Source of the DNA: Candidatus Fiminaster equi
GTDB taxonomy: Bacteria; Bacillota_I; Bacilli_A; RFN20; CAG-826
Assembly: GCA_018064745.1 (NCBI GenBank)
Contig: JAGHUR010000011.1
Location: forward strand, 6,137 to 70,136
DNA length: 64,000 nt
Direction: 5' to 3'
Positions 21,428 to 30,245 of the stretch are shown in pieces; the first letter of the stretch is position 1; every line of letters begins with the position of its first letter. The translations under genes and the position numbers were made by a program. Under the pieces are notes generated by a model. The model ran no database searches, was not told the origin of the DNA, and worked only from the letters and a program-made list of their open reading frames with translations.

Positions 21428-21469
21428 TTGCGAATGCACTCGTATATGTGTATACTCATATTCGTGTGC
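21428..21469 (+). promoter_or_regulatory. ppdK promoter (TTGCGA-17-TATACT, TGTG at -16) flanked by an imperfect 13-bp inverted repeat
   Basis: gcactcgtatatg (21436-21448) and catattcgtgtgc (21457-21469) flank the -10 hexamer. Candidate operator. Confidence 0.4.
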
Positions 21470-21513
21470 GATTTCAGCACATCGTATATTATTGTCACTT
21501 TAGGAGGAATAAT

Positions 21514-24144
21514 ATGGCAAAGAAATACATCTACAACTTTAAAGAAGCCCATGGTTTAGGCAAAGAGTTGTTAGGTGGTAAAGGTGCCGGTCTTGCGGAA
21601 ATGACCAGCATTGGAGTTCCAATTCCACAAGGATTTACCATCACAACAGAAGCATGTAATCTCTACTATGATTCAGGTAAAAAATTACCAGATGACATCA
21701 TTGAAGATATTTATGCTCACATCAAAGAAGTTGAAAAAGAAACAGGCAAAAACTTCGGTGGAGATCATAACCCACTCTTAGTTTCTGTCCGTTCAGGCGC
21801 AAGAGTTTCCATGCCAGGTATGATGGATACCATCTTAAACTTAGGTTTAAATGATACAACCGTCGCAGCCTTAGCAAGAGAAACTGGTAACGAAAGATTC
21901 GCATTTGATAGCTATCGTCGTTTCATTCTTATGTTTACAAACATCGCCAAAGGTCATCCAAGAACTGAAATGGATAAGATGCTTGATGAACTCAAGGAAA
22001 AGAATGGCTACAAACTCGATACAGAAGTTACAGCAGATCAATTAAAAGATCTCGTCAAAGCTTACAAAGCTTACTACAAGAAAACATTTGGTGAAGAATT
22101 CCCATCAGATCCAAAAGTTCAATTACTTGAAGCTGTTACAGCAGTCTTCCGTTCCTGGGATAACCCAAGAGCAAACGTTTATCGTATGATGAACTCAATC
22201 CCATATTCATGGGGAACCGCTGTTAACGTTCAATCAATGGCCTTCGGTAACAAAGGCGAAACATCTGGTACAGGTGTTGCATTCTCACGTAACCCAGGCA
22301 CAGGCGAAAAAGTTATTTCCGCAGAATATTTACCAAACGCACAAGGCGAAGACGTTGTTGCAGGTATTCGTACCCCACTTCATATTGAAGAACTCAAGGC
22401 AAGAATGCCAGATGTTTACAACCAATTCGTTGAAACCATCAAAAAGATGGAGCACCACTACAGAGATATGCAAGATATGGAATTTACCGTCGAAGATGGT
22501 AAACTCTACTTCTTACAAACACGTAATGGTAAACGTACACCAGCAGCCGCATTAAAGATTGCATGTGACTTAGTTGATGAAGGATTAATCACTGAAGACG
22601 AAGCAGTCTTAAGAATTGATCCAGTATCATTTGATAAGCTTCTCTTACCAGCATTTGATAAGGACGACTTAGCAAAACATGAACCAATTGCACAAGGCTT
22701 AGCTGCAGGTCCAGGCGCAGGCACTGGTAAAATTGCCTTCACAGCTGAAGAAGCTGAAAGACGTCACGCAAATAAGGAAAAAGTTGTCCTTGTTCGTGCA
22801 GAAACATCCCCAGAAGACATCGTTGGTATGGTCGCTGCAGAAGGTGTTCTCACAATGCGTGGTGGTATGACTTCACACGCAGCCGTTGTTGCCCGTGGTA
22901 TGGGTAAGTGCTGTGTCTGTGGCTGTAAAGAAGCTATCATTGATGAAGAAGCTCGTACAGTTACCATTAATGGTAAAGTCTACACAGACCAAGATGAATT
23001 ATCACTCGATGGTTCAACAGGTAAAGTCTACCTTGGCTCAATCGCAAAGGTTATGCCAGACCTCACAGCAGGTTACTTCGGTAGATTAATGGCTTGGGTC
23101 GACAGAGCACGTACCTTAAAAGTTCGTACAAATGCCGATACTCCAAGAGATGCAAAACAAGCAAGAGAATTTGGTGCTGAAGGTATTGGCTTATGCCGTA
23201 CTGAACACATGTTCTTCGATAAGGATAGAATCTTCTCTATGAGAAAGATGATTCTTGCGGACACTGTAGAAGAAAGACGTGCTGCATTAGCAGAACTCGA
23301 ACCAATGCAACAAGCAGACTTTGAATCACTCTATGAAGCAATGCTTCCATTCAATGTCAACGTTCGTTTACTCGATCCACCTCTACACGAATTCCTCCCA
23401 CAAGAAGAAGATAAGATTGCAGAACTTGCTAAGGCAACTGGTAGAACAGTTCAACAAGTTAAAGATCGTATCGAATACTTACACGAATTCAACCCAATGA
23501 TGGGTCACCGTGGATGTAGATTAGCTGTTTCATATCCAGAAATCTGCGAAATGCAAACAAATGCTATTATCAAAGCAGCAATTGCAGTTTCAAAGAGAAC
23601 TGGCAAAGCAATTGAACCAGAAATCATGGTTCCACTCGTACTCGAAGTTAAAGAACTTAAGTTCGTTAAGAAGATTATCTGCGAAGTTGCAGACAAGCTC
23701 ATTAAAGAAGCTGGCGTTAACATGAAATACCATGTTGGTACTATGATTGAAATCCCAAGAGCTGCATTGCTCTCAGATGAAATCGCTCAAGAAGCAGAAT
23801 TCTTCTCATTTGGTACAAATGACTTAACACAAATGACATTCGGCTTCAGCCGTGATGACGCTGCTAAGTTCTTACCGGATTACTACAGCAATAAGATCTT
23901 AGAAGAAGATCCATTCAAAACACTCGATCAAAAAGGTGTTGGTAAACTCGTTGACATGTCCGTTAAACTCGGTCGTGCAACACGTAAGGATCTCCACATT
24001 GGTGTCTGTGGTGAAACTGGTGGTGAACCAAACTCAATCGACTTCTACCACAGAGCAGGACTCGACTACGTCTCATGTTCACCATTCCGTGTTCCAGTTG
24101 CTCGCTTAGCTGCTGCTCAAGCTGCAATTAAACACAGAAAATAA
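21514..24144 (+). CDS. ppdK: Pyruvate, phosphate dikinase
   Basis: 877 aa from MAKKYIYNFKEAH. AGGAGG RBS. PEP-utilising enzyme motifs (phospho-His region GGMTSHAAVVARG). The ORF track's upstream extension from 21400 runs through the promoter. Confidence 0.93.
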   Translation: MAKKYIYNFKEAHGLGKELLGGKGAGLAEMTSIGVPIPQGFTITTEACNLYYDSGKKLPDDIIEDIYAHIKEVEKETGKNFGGDHNPLLVSVRSGARVSMPGMMDTILNLGLNDTTVAALARETGNERFAFDSYRRFILMFTNIAKGHPRTEMDKMLDELKEKNGYKLDTEVTADQLKDLVKAYKAYYKKTFGEEFPSDPKVQLLEAVTAVFRSWDNPRANVYRMMNSIPYSWGTAVNVQSMAFGNKGETSGTGVAFSRNPGTGEKVISAEYLPNAQGEDVVAGIRTPLHIEELKARMPDVYNQFVETIKKMEHHYRDMQDMEFTVEDGKLYFLQTRNGKRTPAAALKIACDLVDEGLITEDEAVLRIDPVSFDKLLLPAFDKDDLAKHEPIAQGLAAGPGAGTGKIAFTAEEAERRHANKEKVVLVRAETSPEDIVGMVAAEGVLTMRGGMTSHAAVVARGMGKCCVCGCKEAIIDEEARTVTINGKVYTDQDELSLDGSTGKVYLGSIAKVMPDLTAGYFGRLMAWVDRARTLKVRTNADTPRDAKQAREFGAEGIGLCRTEHMFFDKDRIFSMRKMILADTVEERRAALAELEPMQQADFESLYEAMLPFNVNVRLLDPPLHEFLPQEEDKIAELAKATGRTVQQVKDRIEYLHEFNPMMGHRGCRLAVSYPEICEMQTNAIIKAAIAVSKRTGKAIEPEIMVPLVLEVKELKFVKKIICEVADKLIKEAGVNMKYHVGTMIEIPRAALLSDEIAQEAEFFSFGTNDLTQMTFGFSRDDAAKFLPDYYSNKILEEDPFKTLDQKGVGKLVDMSVKLGRATRKDLHIGVCGETGGEPNSIDFYHRAGLDYVSCSPFRVPVARLAAAQAAIKHRK

Positions 24145-24157
24145 GTTTAAAACTTAT

Positions 24158-24192
24158 AAATTAAACCTCAGGTTCGCCTGGGGTTTTCTTTT
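24158..24192 (+). terminator. ppdK rho-independent terminator
   Basis: cctcagg-ttcg-cctgggg hairpin followed by ttttctttt. Confidence 0.7.
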
Positions 24193-24212
24193 ATGCACAT
24201 ATGTGTACATAA

Positions 24213-24246
24213 ATAATTTGCAAAATTGCAAATTATTTAGTATAAT
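24213..24246 (+). promoter_or_regulatory. Promoter (TTGCAA-17-TATAAT) overlapped by an inverted repeat with perfect 11-bp arms, ataatttgcaa-aa-ttgcaaattat
   Basis: Inverted repeat at 24213-24236 covers the -35 element and spacer. Both arms contain TTGCAA. TATAAT at 24241-24246. Confidence 0.6.
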
Positions 24247-24268
24247 ATATGTAGGTAAGGAGAAAGAA

Positions 24269-24406
24269 ATGTTTGATCCATTTGATTCCAAACCAAAGAG
24301 TAAAAAGCAAGTTGAAAAGGAATACAAGGAGTACCTTGATGATCCAATAACCTTCTCAATTGATGAACAACTCGGTGTGCTTGGACCACGTTACGAAAAG
24401 ATCTAA
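24269..24406 (+). CDS. Small hypothetical protein (45 aa) MFDPFDSKPKSKKQVEKEYKEYLDDPITFSIDEQLGVLGPRYEKI
   Basis: AAGGAG RBS 6 nt upstream. Own promoter/operator and terminator. The ORF track shows a longer 67-aa frame from 24203. Confidence 0.45.
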   Translation: MFDPFDSKPKSKKQVEKEYKEYLDDPITFSIDEQLGVLGPRYEKI

Positions 24407-24427
24407 TTACTTATCTTATTTATTTTA

Positions 24428-24462
24428 ATAAATAAAAAGACGCGTTTTTTTATTCGCGCCTT
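24428..24462 (+). terminator. Terminator of the small ORF
   Basis: aagacgcg-ttttttta-ttcgcgcc hairpin plus T-tract. Confidence 0.55.
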
Positions 24463-24480
24463 TTTCTATTTAATATTATA

Positions 24481-24525
24481 TTGATAAATATAAAATAATA
24501 GACTACAATTGTAGTCGTAAGGAGG
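24481..24525 (+). promoter_or_regulatory. Toxin-antitoxin promoter (TTGATA-17-TACAAT) with perfect 16-bp palindrome GACTACAATTGTAGTC (24501-24516) overlapping the -10
   Basis: Perfect palindrome immediately upstream of the AAGGAGG RBS. Typical autoregulatory operator of RHH-antitoxin modules. Confidence 0.6.
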
Positions 24526-24532
24526 CATTAAC

Positions 24533-24754
24533 ATGAGTGTTTTGTCTGTAAGAATGAACAGCGCAGAGTATGGTGCGTTGCAAAAGTTTGCTAAAGCAAA
24601 CAATGTGTCCATGAACAAAGCTTTAAAAGATGCCTTTTTTGAGATGCTAGAAGATCAATACGACATTGAGGCTTTTGATAAAGCTTATGCTGAATATTTA
24701 AAAGAACCTGTCGCTTACACCTTAGAAGAAGTCAACAAACATCTTGGTAAATAA
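24533..24754 (+). CDS. Type II antitoxin, RelB/DinJ (RHH) family
   Basis: 73 aa. Pattern MSVLSVRMNSAEYGALQKFAKANNVSMNKALKDAF...YTLEEVNKHLGK. Stop overlaps the toxin start (TAATG). Confidence 0.7.
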   Translation: MSVLSVRMNSAEYGALQKFAKANNVSMNKALKDAFFEMLEDQYDIEAFDKAYAEYLKEPVAYTLEEVNKHLGK

Positions 24755-25020
24755 TGTTTAAATTATTAATCGCTAAATGTGCGGAAAGAGATCTTTCCAA
24801 ACTCGATAATAATTCATACTATTTAATTACAAGTTGGCTTAAAAGGAACATTGATGGCTGTGAAGATCCTAGAATTCATCGAAAAAGACTCAAAGGTAAT
24901 CTTAAAAGTTTCTGGAGATATAGGATTGGAGATTATCGAATTCTCTGCAGCATTAATGACAAGGAATTAATTGTTCTAGCAGTACGAATTGGACACAGAA
25001 AAGATGTCTATGACATCTAA
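24754..25020 (+). CDS. Type II toxin, RelE/ParE superfamily mRNA interferase
   Basis: 88 aa. C-terminal ...FWRYRIGDYRILCSINDKELIVLAVRIGHRKDVY matches the RelE/YoeB-type core. Confidence 0.75.
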   Translation: MFKLLIAKCAERDLSKLDNNSYYLITSWLKRNIDGCEDPRIHRKRLKGNLKSFWRYRIGDYRILCSINDKELIVLAVRIGHRKDVYDI

Positions 25021-25023
25021 AAA

Positions 25024-25062
25024 AGAAAGCTTCGGACCCTTAACCGAAGCTTTTCTTATTTT
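25024..25062. terminator. Bidirectional terminator between relE and the convergent ispE operon
   Basis: gaaagcttcgg-acccttaa-ccgaagctttc hairpin with flanking A and T tracts. Confidence 0.7.
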
Positions 25063-25316
25063 CCTCGCATTAATGCTTTTGAATCAAACTTTAGATCATT
25101 ATTAGGAGTTACATAACCCGCTAGTTCTTCGCGTATGTAAATATCGTAATTATCTTCTATATAACCTACATACTCACCTTGAATGTAAACATCGCCTTCA
25201 GCAGTTAATGATCCAAACTTATGCCCGTTTGCAAACATGTCTCCATCTGGCGAAATATAACCAACTAATTCGTCATCAATGTAAACATTCTTGCCATAAC
25301 ATTCGATAAATATCAT
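25056..25316 (-). CDS. Small tandem-repeat protein (3 x about 17-18 aa VYIxxExVGYIxxDGD-like repeats), unknown function; translationally coupled to ispE
   Basis: 86 aa. Repeats NVYIDDELVGYISPDGD / DVYIQGEYVGYIEDNYD / IYIREELAGYVTPNND. The start overlaps the ispE stop (TAATATG on the minus strand). Confidence 0.5.
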   Translation of the reverse strand: MIFIECYGKNVYIDDELVGYISPDGDMFANGHKFGSLTAEGDVYIQGEYVGYIEDNYDIYIREELAGYVTPNNDLKFDSKALMRGK

Positions 25317-25317
25317 A

Positions 25318-26172
25318 TTAGCGAACTTTCTTTGTCTTAGTTAAATATACGTCATAGCCTTTATTATCGTATTTACGATACTTAGAATAGGCGAAACGAG
25401 AATCTGTAGTAAGTGCAAAGACACAACTTCCAGAGCCGGTCATAAGGACGCATTTAAAACCATCCTTTTTAAGCATATCCTTAATTTCTTGAATTTCAGG
25501 AACTAATGAAATTGATGTTTCTTCTAAGGAGTTAAACATGCCTTCTGCTAGCATATCTTCATCACCTAGTTCAAGAGCTTTAATAACTTTGTTAACATCA
25601 CCGTGTTTCATTTCAAAATTATCAGAAGCATCAAAAACTTTTTTAGTAGATAAACCTAGTTTAGGTTTAATAATAATTACACTAAAACGTTTAGCACATG
25701 AAATAGGAGTTACTTTTTCTCCAATACCTTCAACGTGTGCTGGAACATTTTGCATACAATAAGGAACATCTGCACCAAGTTTTAAAGTAAAATCGAGTTC
25801 CTCTTCTGGATCCATTTTTACCTTAAAAATTTTCTTAAATGCTTTCAAACATGCAGCAGCATTTGATGATCCTCCGCCAAGACCAGCACAAATAGGAATT
25901 TCCTTATGAACTGTAATATTCATATTGCTATGAACATCAAATTTCTTTCTAAATGCTTCTAATGTTTGATGGATTAAATCATACTTTGTTTCAGATTCTT
26001 CAACCCTGTCACATACTATATATGTGTCTCTTAAATATGGAAAATATTCAATCTCGATAACATCATGAAGTTCAAGTGGCAACATAACCATATCTAAATC
26101 ATGGTATCCGTTTTCTGTTTTACCCTTTACATCAAGGTAAATGTTAATTTTTGCGAATGCTTTTGCGTACAT
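25318..26172 (-). CDS. ispE: 4-diphosphocytidyl-2-C-methyl-D-erythritol kinase
   Basis: GHMP kinase motif PICAGLGGGSSNAAA. N-terminus MYAKAFAKINIYLDV. Confidence 0.9.
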   Translation of the reverse strand: MYAKAFAKINIYLDVKGKTENGYHDLDMVMLPLELHDVIEIEYFPYLRDTYIVCDRVEESETKYDLIHQTLEAFRKKFDVHSNMNITVHKEIPICAGLGGGSSNAAACLKAFKKIFKVKMDPEEELDFTLKLGADVPYCMQNVPAHVEGIGEKVTPISCAKRFSVIIIKPKLGLSTKKVFDASDNFEMKHGDVNKVIKALELGDEDMLAEGMFNSLEETSISLVPEIQEIKDMLKKDGFKCVLMTGSGSCVFALTTDSRFAYSKYRKYDNKGYDVYLTKTKKVR

Positions 26173-26195
26173 ACTAATATTATTTTCCTTCGAAC

Positions 26196-26990
26196 TTAAA
26201 AGTTCAATTCTTTTAATAACGACATGTAAAAATTAATATCTAATTCTTCTGGTCTCTTGTTTGTGTCTACACCAAGTTTTGCCAATATTTCTTTGGCTTT
26301 CTCTTTGTTTTTTGTAACATTTGCTAAGTTATTTAAAATATTCTTTCTTCTTAATAAGAAGAGTTGCTGCATAAGTTTTAATAATTTCTTATTCTCTTCA
26401 TTTTTAATATTCCTGTTTGGTGTAAGTGTAAAAACTACTGAATCAACATGAGGAATTGGTGCAAAATTATTTCTTCCAACTTCTTTTGCTGATGAAATAT
26501 CTGCAACATAGTTTAAAAACAATGAGAGTGGGCTCTTAAAATTGGATAAAAGTTTTGGATAAACTTCTTTTTGAGTCATCAATACTATTTTTTCGGCATT
26601 AGTAGCTGTTAACAAAATGTGTTCGATTATTGAGGAAGTAATATAGTAAGGAAGATTGCCAATAATTTTTGTAAATTTTGCTAAATCTTCTTTCAAAATA
26701 TTTTGTCTTCTAACAATAACATTTTCCATGTTCCCAAATTGTTCATTTAAGAACTGTAACATTCTCTCATCAATGTCAATTAATTGGGTTTTTGCAGGGA
26801 TTTTCGTTAAAAAATAGGACAAACTGCCTAAACCAGAGCCAATTTCAATAACCTCATCCTTATCAGAAACTTCAAGTAGATTTACGATGTTTTTTGCAAC
26901 TTCTGGGTTGATTAAAAAATTCTGGCCAAGTGACTTATTGGCAAGTAGTTTATAACTCTTCACATTTTCGAAATATTGGCTCTCGTTCAT
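26196..26990 (-). CDS. rsmA: 16S rRNA (adenine1518/1519-N6)-dimethyltransferase
   Basis: LGQNFLINPEVAKNIV...VIEIGSGLGSLS SAM-binding motif. rnmV-rsmA synteny. Confidence 0.92.
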   Translation of the reverse strand: MNESQYFENVKSYKLLANKSLGQNFLINPEVAKNIVNLLEVSDKDEVIEIGSGLGSLSYFLTKIPAKTQLIDIDERMLQFLNEQFGNMENVIVRRQNILKEDLAKFTKIIGNLPYYITSSIIEHILLTATNAEKIVLMTQKEVYPKLLSNFKSPLSLFLNYVADISSAKEVGRNNFAPIPHVDSVVFTLTPNRNIKNEENKKLLKLMQQLFLLRRKNILNNLANVTKNKEKAKEILAKLGVDTNKRPEELDINFYMSLLKELNF

Positions 26991-27517
26991 AAGTTTTCCT
27001 TAATCTCACTCAATGTTATACCACAATTATTTATTCTTTTAAGAAAAGTTTTTGCATTACAAAACCCTAAATGAAACTTTTCGCATATTTTTTGTCTTTT
27101 CGACTCTGAATCTTCTGTTCCAACTAGGCCTAGAGACACTAAATCAGACATTTGAATGTTTCCAATTGGGTCTTTTGAACTAACAATATAGTTTTTAAGA
27201 GCGTTGAGAACCTCTTCTTGAGTTGATTCTGCTACACCAACCTTATTATGTTTTATTGACTTTTCTTTCGCAACAAAACAATGCTTTAAATTTGGTATCT
27301 CGCAATCCAAAACATCTCTTATTCTTTTACCTGGGCTATCAGGATCAGTTAATACAAAAATATCGCGGTTTTCACGGCAATTTTTCAAATATTCTATGGT
27401 TTTTCCAGATATTTCTGAACCATTAGTTGTTACAAATTCTGCATCAATAAACTCGGAAAGGAAGGCAACATCAGACTTGCCTTCAACAACTAAAATTCCA
27501 TTTATTTTTGTTTTCAT
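26987..27517 (-). CDS. rnmV: Ribonuclease M5 (Toprim)
   Basis: 176 aa. ILVVEGKSDVAFL and VLTDPDSPGKRIR Toprim motifs. Confidence 0.85.
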   Translation of the reverse strand: MKTKINGILVVEGKSDVAFLSEFIDAEFVTTNGSEISGKTIEYLKNCRENRDIFVLTDPDSPGKRIRDVLDCEIPNLKHCFVAKEKSIKHNKVGVAESTQEEVLNALKNYIVSSKDPIGNIQMSDLVSLGLVGTEDSESKRQKICEKFHLGFCNAKTFLKRINNCGITLSEIKENL

Positions 27518-28278
27518 AAATCGAATACTCTTTTAAAGTTTTCAGTACTTTCTTTATCAACTTGCTCAGGAGTAATTTTTCTTAACTCTGCAATCTTGTT
27601 TCTAACTAAATAAAGATACTTTGAATGATTTGGGCGTCCTCTAAAAGGTTCTGGAGTTAAATAAGGAGCGTCAGTTTCCAAAACATAAGCGGTGGATGGT
27701 ATGCTTGCTATAACTTCTTTTGGTCTAACTGAGTTTTTAAAGGTTGTTGTTCCACCAAAACCAAGTAAGAAGCCTAATTTTATAAATTCAGGAGCCATTT
27801 CTAGGCTTCCGGCATAACAATGCATGATGCCTCCGCGGTTAACTTTATGATTTTTTAAAATTTCTAAACAGTCTTCTAGTCCCTCTCGGCAATGAATCGA
27901 GATTGGAAGGTTTAATTTGTTAGCTATTTCTATTTGTTGAATAAAGGTTTTCTTTTGATAATTTCTAACGTCAGGATCTTTGTCCCAATAATAATCTAAA
28001 CCTATCTCTCCAATGGCAATAACTTTCTTGTTTTTGGCAAGTTTTTCTATCTCTTCAAAGTCATGCTCTCCGACCTTCTTTACATCACTTGGATGAATAC
28101 CAACTGCAGCATATACATATTCGTGATTTTGAGCGATTTCCACGGCAATTCTCGAAGATTTTAGATCAAAACCAACATTTAAAAATGCGGAAACTCCAGC
28201 GCATCGAGCTTCTAAAATATACTCATCTGGATGAGCTAAATATGCTTCATCATTTATATGACAATGTGTGTCAATCAT
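27514..28278 (-). CDS. tatD: TatD-family metal-dependent DNase/hydrolase
   Basis: MIDTHCHIND N-terminus and TatD histidine motifs. Confidence 0.9.
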   Translation of the reverse strand: MIDTHCHINDEAYLAHPDEYILEARCAGVSAFLNVGFDLKSSRIAVEIAQNHEYVYAAVGIHPSDVKKVGEHDFEEIEKLAKNKKVIAIGEIGLDYYWDKDPDVRNYQKKTFIQQIEIANKLNLPISIHCREGLEDCLEILKNHKVNRGGIMHCYAGSLEMAPEFIKLGFLLGFGGTTTFKNSVRPKEVIASIPSTAYVLETDAPYLTPEPFRGRPNHSKYLYLVRNKIAELRKITPEQVDKESTENFKRVFDL

Positions 28279-28283
28279 CTATG

Positions 28284-29597
28284 TTATTTTCCAACACAAA
28301 AACGAGAGAAAATTTCATCTGTTAAATCGTTTTTGTTATTCTCACCTAATAAATCTAAAGAAGAATTATAAGCAGCCATAATGTTAACTGAAATTAAGTC
28401 AATTGGCTGATTATCTTTAGCATCTTCAATTGCTTGTTCAAGATACATAACCATACTCTTTAAAATACCAAGTTGTCTTGTATTGTTAAATGATGGCTTA
28501 ATTGTAACTTCACCAATATTTAATTCTTCTTTAATTCTATTAACTAATTCTGAAATATCGTTTTCTTTAGCAGAAATATAAATCTTATCTTTTTCTTTAT
28601 TAGAAATTAAATCTGCTTTGCTAAATACAACTAAATGCTTTTTGTCTTTAATAAACGAATATAATTCGTTATCAAAACCAGTATCATCTACTAAGAAAAG
28701 GATTAAATCTGCTTCATCAATAACTTTCTTAGCTTTGCTAATACCAATTTGTTCAATTACATCAGTTGATTCTCTTAAACCTGCTGTGTCATAGAGATGT
28801 ACAGGAACACCTGAAAGATTAAATTCACCTTCAACAATATCTCTAGTAGTACCTGCAATATCTGTAACAATTGCTTTATCTTCCTTAAGGAAAACATTTA
28901 AAAGTGAGGATTTGCCAACATTTGGTTTTCCTACAATCGCAATTTTTACACCTTCTTTATAAATTCTGTCTTTTTCGCCTTGTTCAATTAATTTATTAAC
29001 ATCTTTAACAATTTTTGAACATTTATTAATGATTTCTTCTTTAGAAGTAACTTCAATATCTTCATACTCAGGATAATCGATATTTACTTCTATGTGAGAA
29101 AGAATTTCTCCTATCTCGTCCTTAATTGGCTTAAAGATTTTTGAAGTCTTTCCTAGTAAGGAAACCATAGACAAATCTTTAGCCTCTTCAGTTGTAGCAT
29201 TAATCATGTCATTGATGGCTTCAGCTTGAACTAGGTCAATTTTGCCATTTAAATAGGCTCTAGAGCTGAATTCACCATTAGTAGCCATCCTTGCACCTGA
29301 CTTAAGTAAAAGGCCTATTATTTGATTTACAATCAACATTGAACCATGGCTAATAATTTCTACTGAATTTTCACCAGTAAATGAATGTGGTGCAACATAG
29401 GCTAACAAAACGACTTGATCAATTTGTTTTTCGCCTTCAAGAATATAACCATAGTGAATTCCCTTTTCTTTAACATCTGTTAAGTCTTTAGAAAACACTT
29501 TTGAAACAACCTTAAAACAATCATCTCCAGATAATCTAATTAATGCTAGAGCTGACTTTGATGGTGGTGTTGCAAGTGCTACTATGGTTTCAAACAT
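28284..29597 (-). CDS. mnmE: tRNA modification GTPase MnmE
   Basis: 437 aa. G-domain IAIVGKPNVGKSSLLN. C-terminal CVGK. jag-mnmE synteny. Confidence 0.93.
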   Translation of the reverse strand: MFETIVALATPPSKSALALIRLSGDDCFKVVSKVFSKDLTDVKEKGIHYGYILEGEKQIDQVVLLAYVAPHSFTGENSVEIISHGSMLIVNQIIGLLLKSGARMATNGEFSSRAYLNGKIDLVQAEAINDMINATTEEAKDLSMVSLLGKTSKIFKPIKDEIGEILSHIEVNIDYPEYEDIEVTSKEEIINKCSKIVKDVNKLIEQGEKDRIYKEGVKIAIVGKPNVGKSSLLNVFLKEDKAIVTDIAGTTRDIVEGEFNLSGVPVHLYDTAGLRESTDVIEQIGISKAKKVIDEADLILFLVDDTGFDNELYSFIKDKKHLVVFSKADLISNKEKDKIYISAKENDISELVNRIKEELNIGEVTIKPSFNNTRQLGILKSMVMYLEQAIEDAKDNQPIDLISVNIMAAYNSSLDLLGENNKNDLTDEIFSRFCVGK

Positions 29598-29633
29598 ACT
29601 CTATATAATGAAAATAGAGATTAAAAATCTCTA

Positions 29634-30236
29634 TTATTCAACGTATTTAATTGTTACGGCTCTTCTATGTCCTTCGCCTGTAGATTCTGTCTTAATGTGA
29701 GAGAATTCTGCGACTGCGCTATGGACAACTCTACGCTCATCTGATGGCATAGGATCTAAAGTAACATCAACTTTTGTTTTTTGAACTTCTTTTGCAGTTC
29801 TACGTGCAATTGAAGCAACTCTTGAATATTTGGAATCTTTGTAATCGCCAATGTCGAGTAAGATTCTAAATCTTCTACGGAATTTTCCAGAAACTGCTAA
29901 TCTAACAATTTCATTTAATGCTTGAAGTGTAACGCCGTTCTTTCCAATTAAAATTGGGTTGTGATCTGAATCAATTTGTAGACGAATAATATCATCTTCA
30001 AGTGATGTCTTAACGCTAACTGAACCAATACCTAATGATTCAATTACATCTTTGACGTACTTTTCTGCAAAATCGATAGCATCTGTTAATTCATAAACAG
30101 TAATTGAAGCTTTCTTGCCAATCAAACCTTTCTTTTCGGAAGTGATGGTGAAGATAACATCATTTTCATCAATGCCAAGTTCCTCACTTGCCATCTTAAC
30201 TGCATCTTCAACAGTTTTTGCGGTATATTCTTTCAT
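29634..30236 (-). CDS. jag: Jag/KhpB RNA-binding protein (Jag_N, KH, R3H)
   Basis: 200 aa. yidC-jag synteny. R3H-type C-terminus. Confidence 0.85.
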   Translation of the reverse strand: MKEYTAKTVEDAVKMASEELGIDENDVIFTITSEKKGLIGKKASITVYELTDAIDFAEKYVKDVIESLGIGSVSVKTSLEDDIIRLQIDSDHNPILIGKNGVTLQALNEIVRLAVSGKFRRRFRILLDIGDYKDSKYSRVASIARRTAKEVQKTKVDVTLDPMPSDERRVVHSAVAEFSHIKTESTGEGHRRAVTIKYVE

Positions 30237-30245
30237 AAATTTCTC

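Noticed and set aside
21400-21513. 38-codon N-terminal extension of ppdK in the ORF track
   Set aside because: The extension runs through the promoter (-35/-10 at 21428-21456). The AGGAGG RBS precedes the internal ATG at 21514, which begins the conserved MAKKYIYNF N-terminus.
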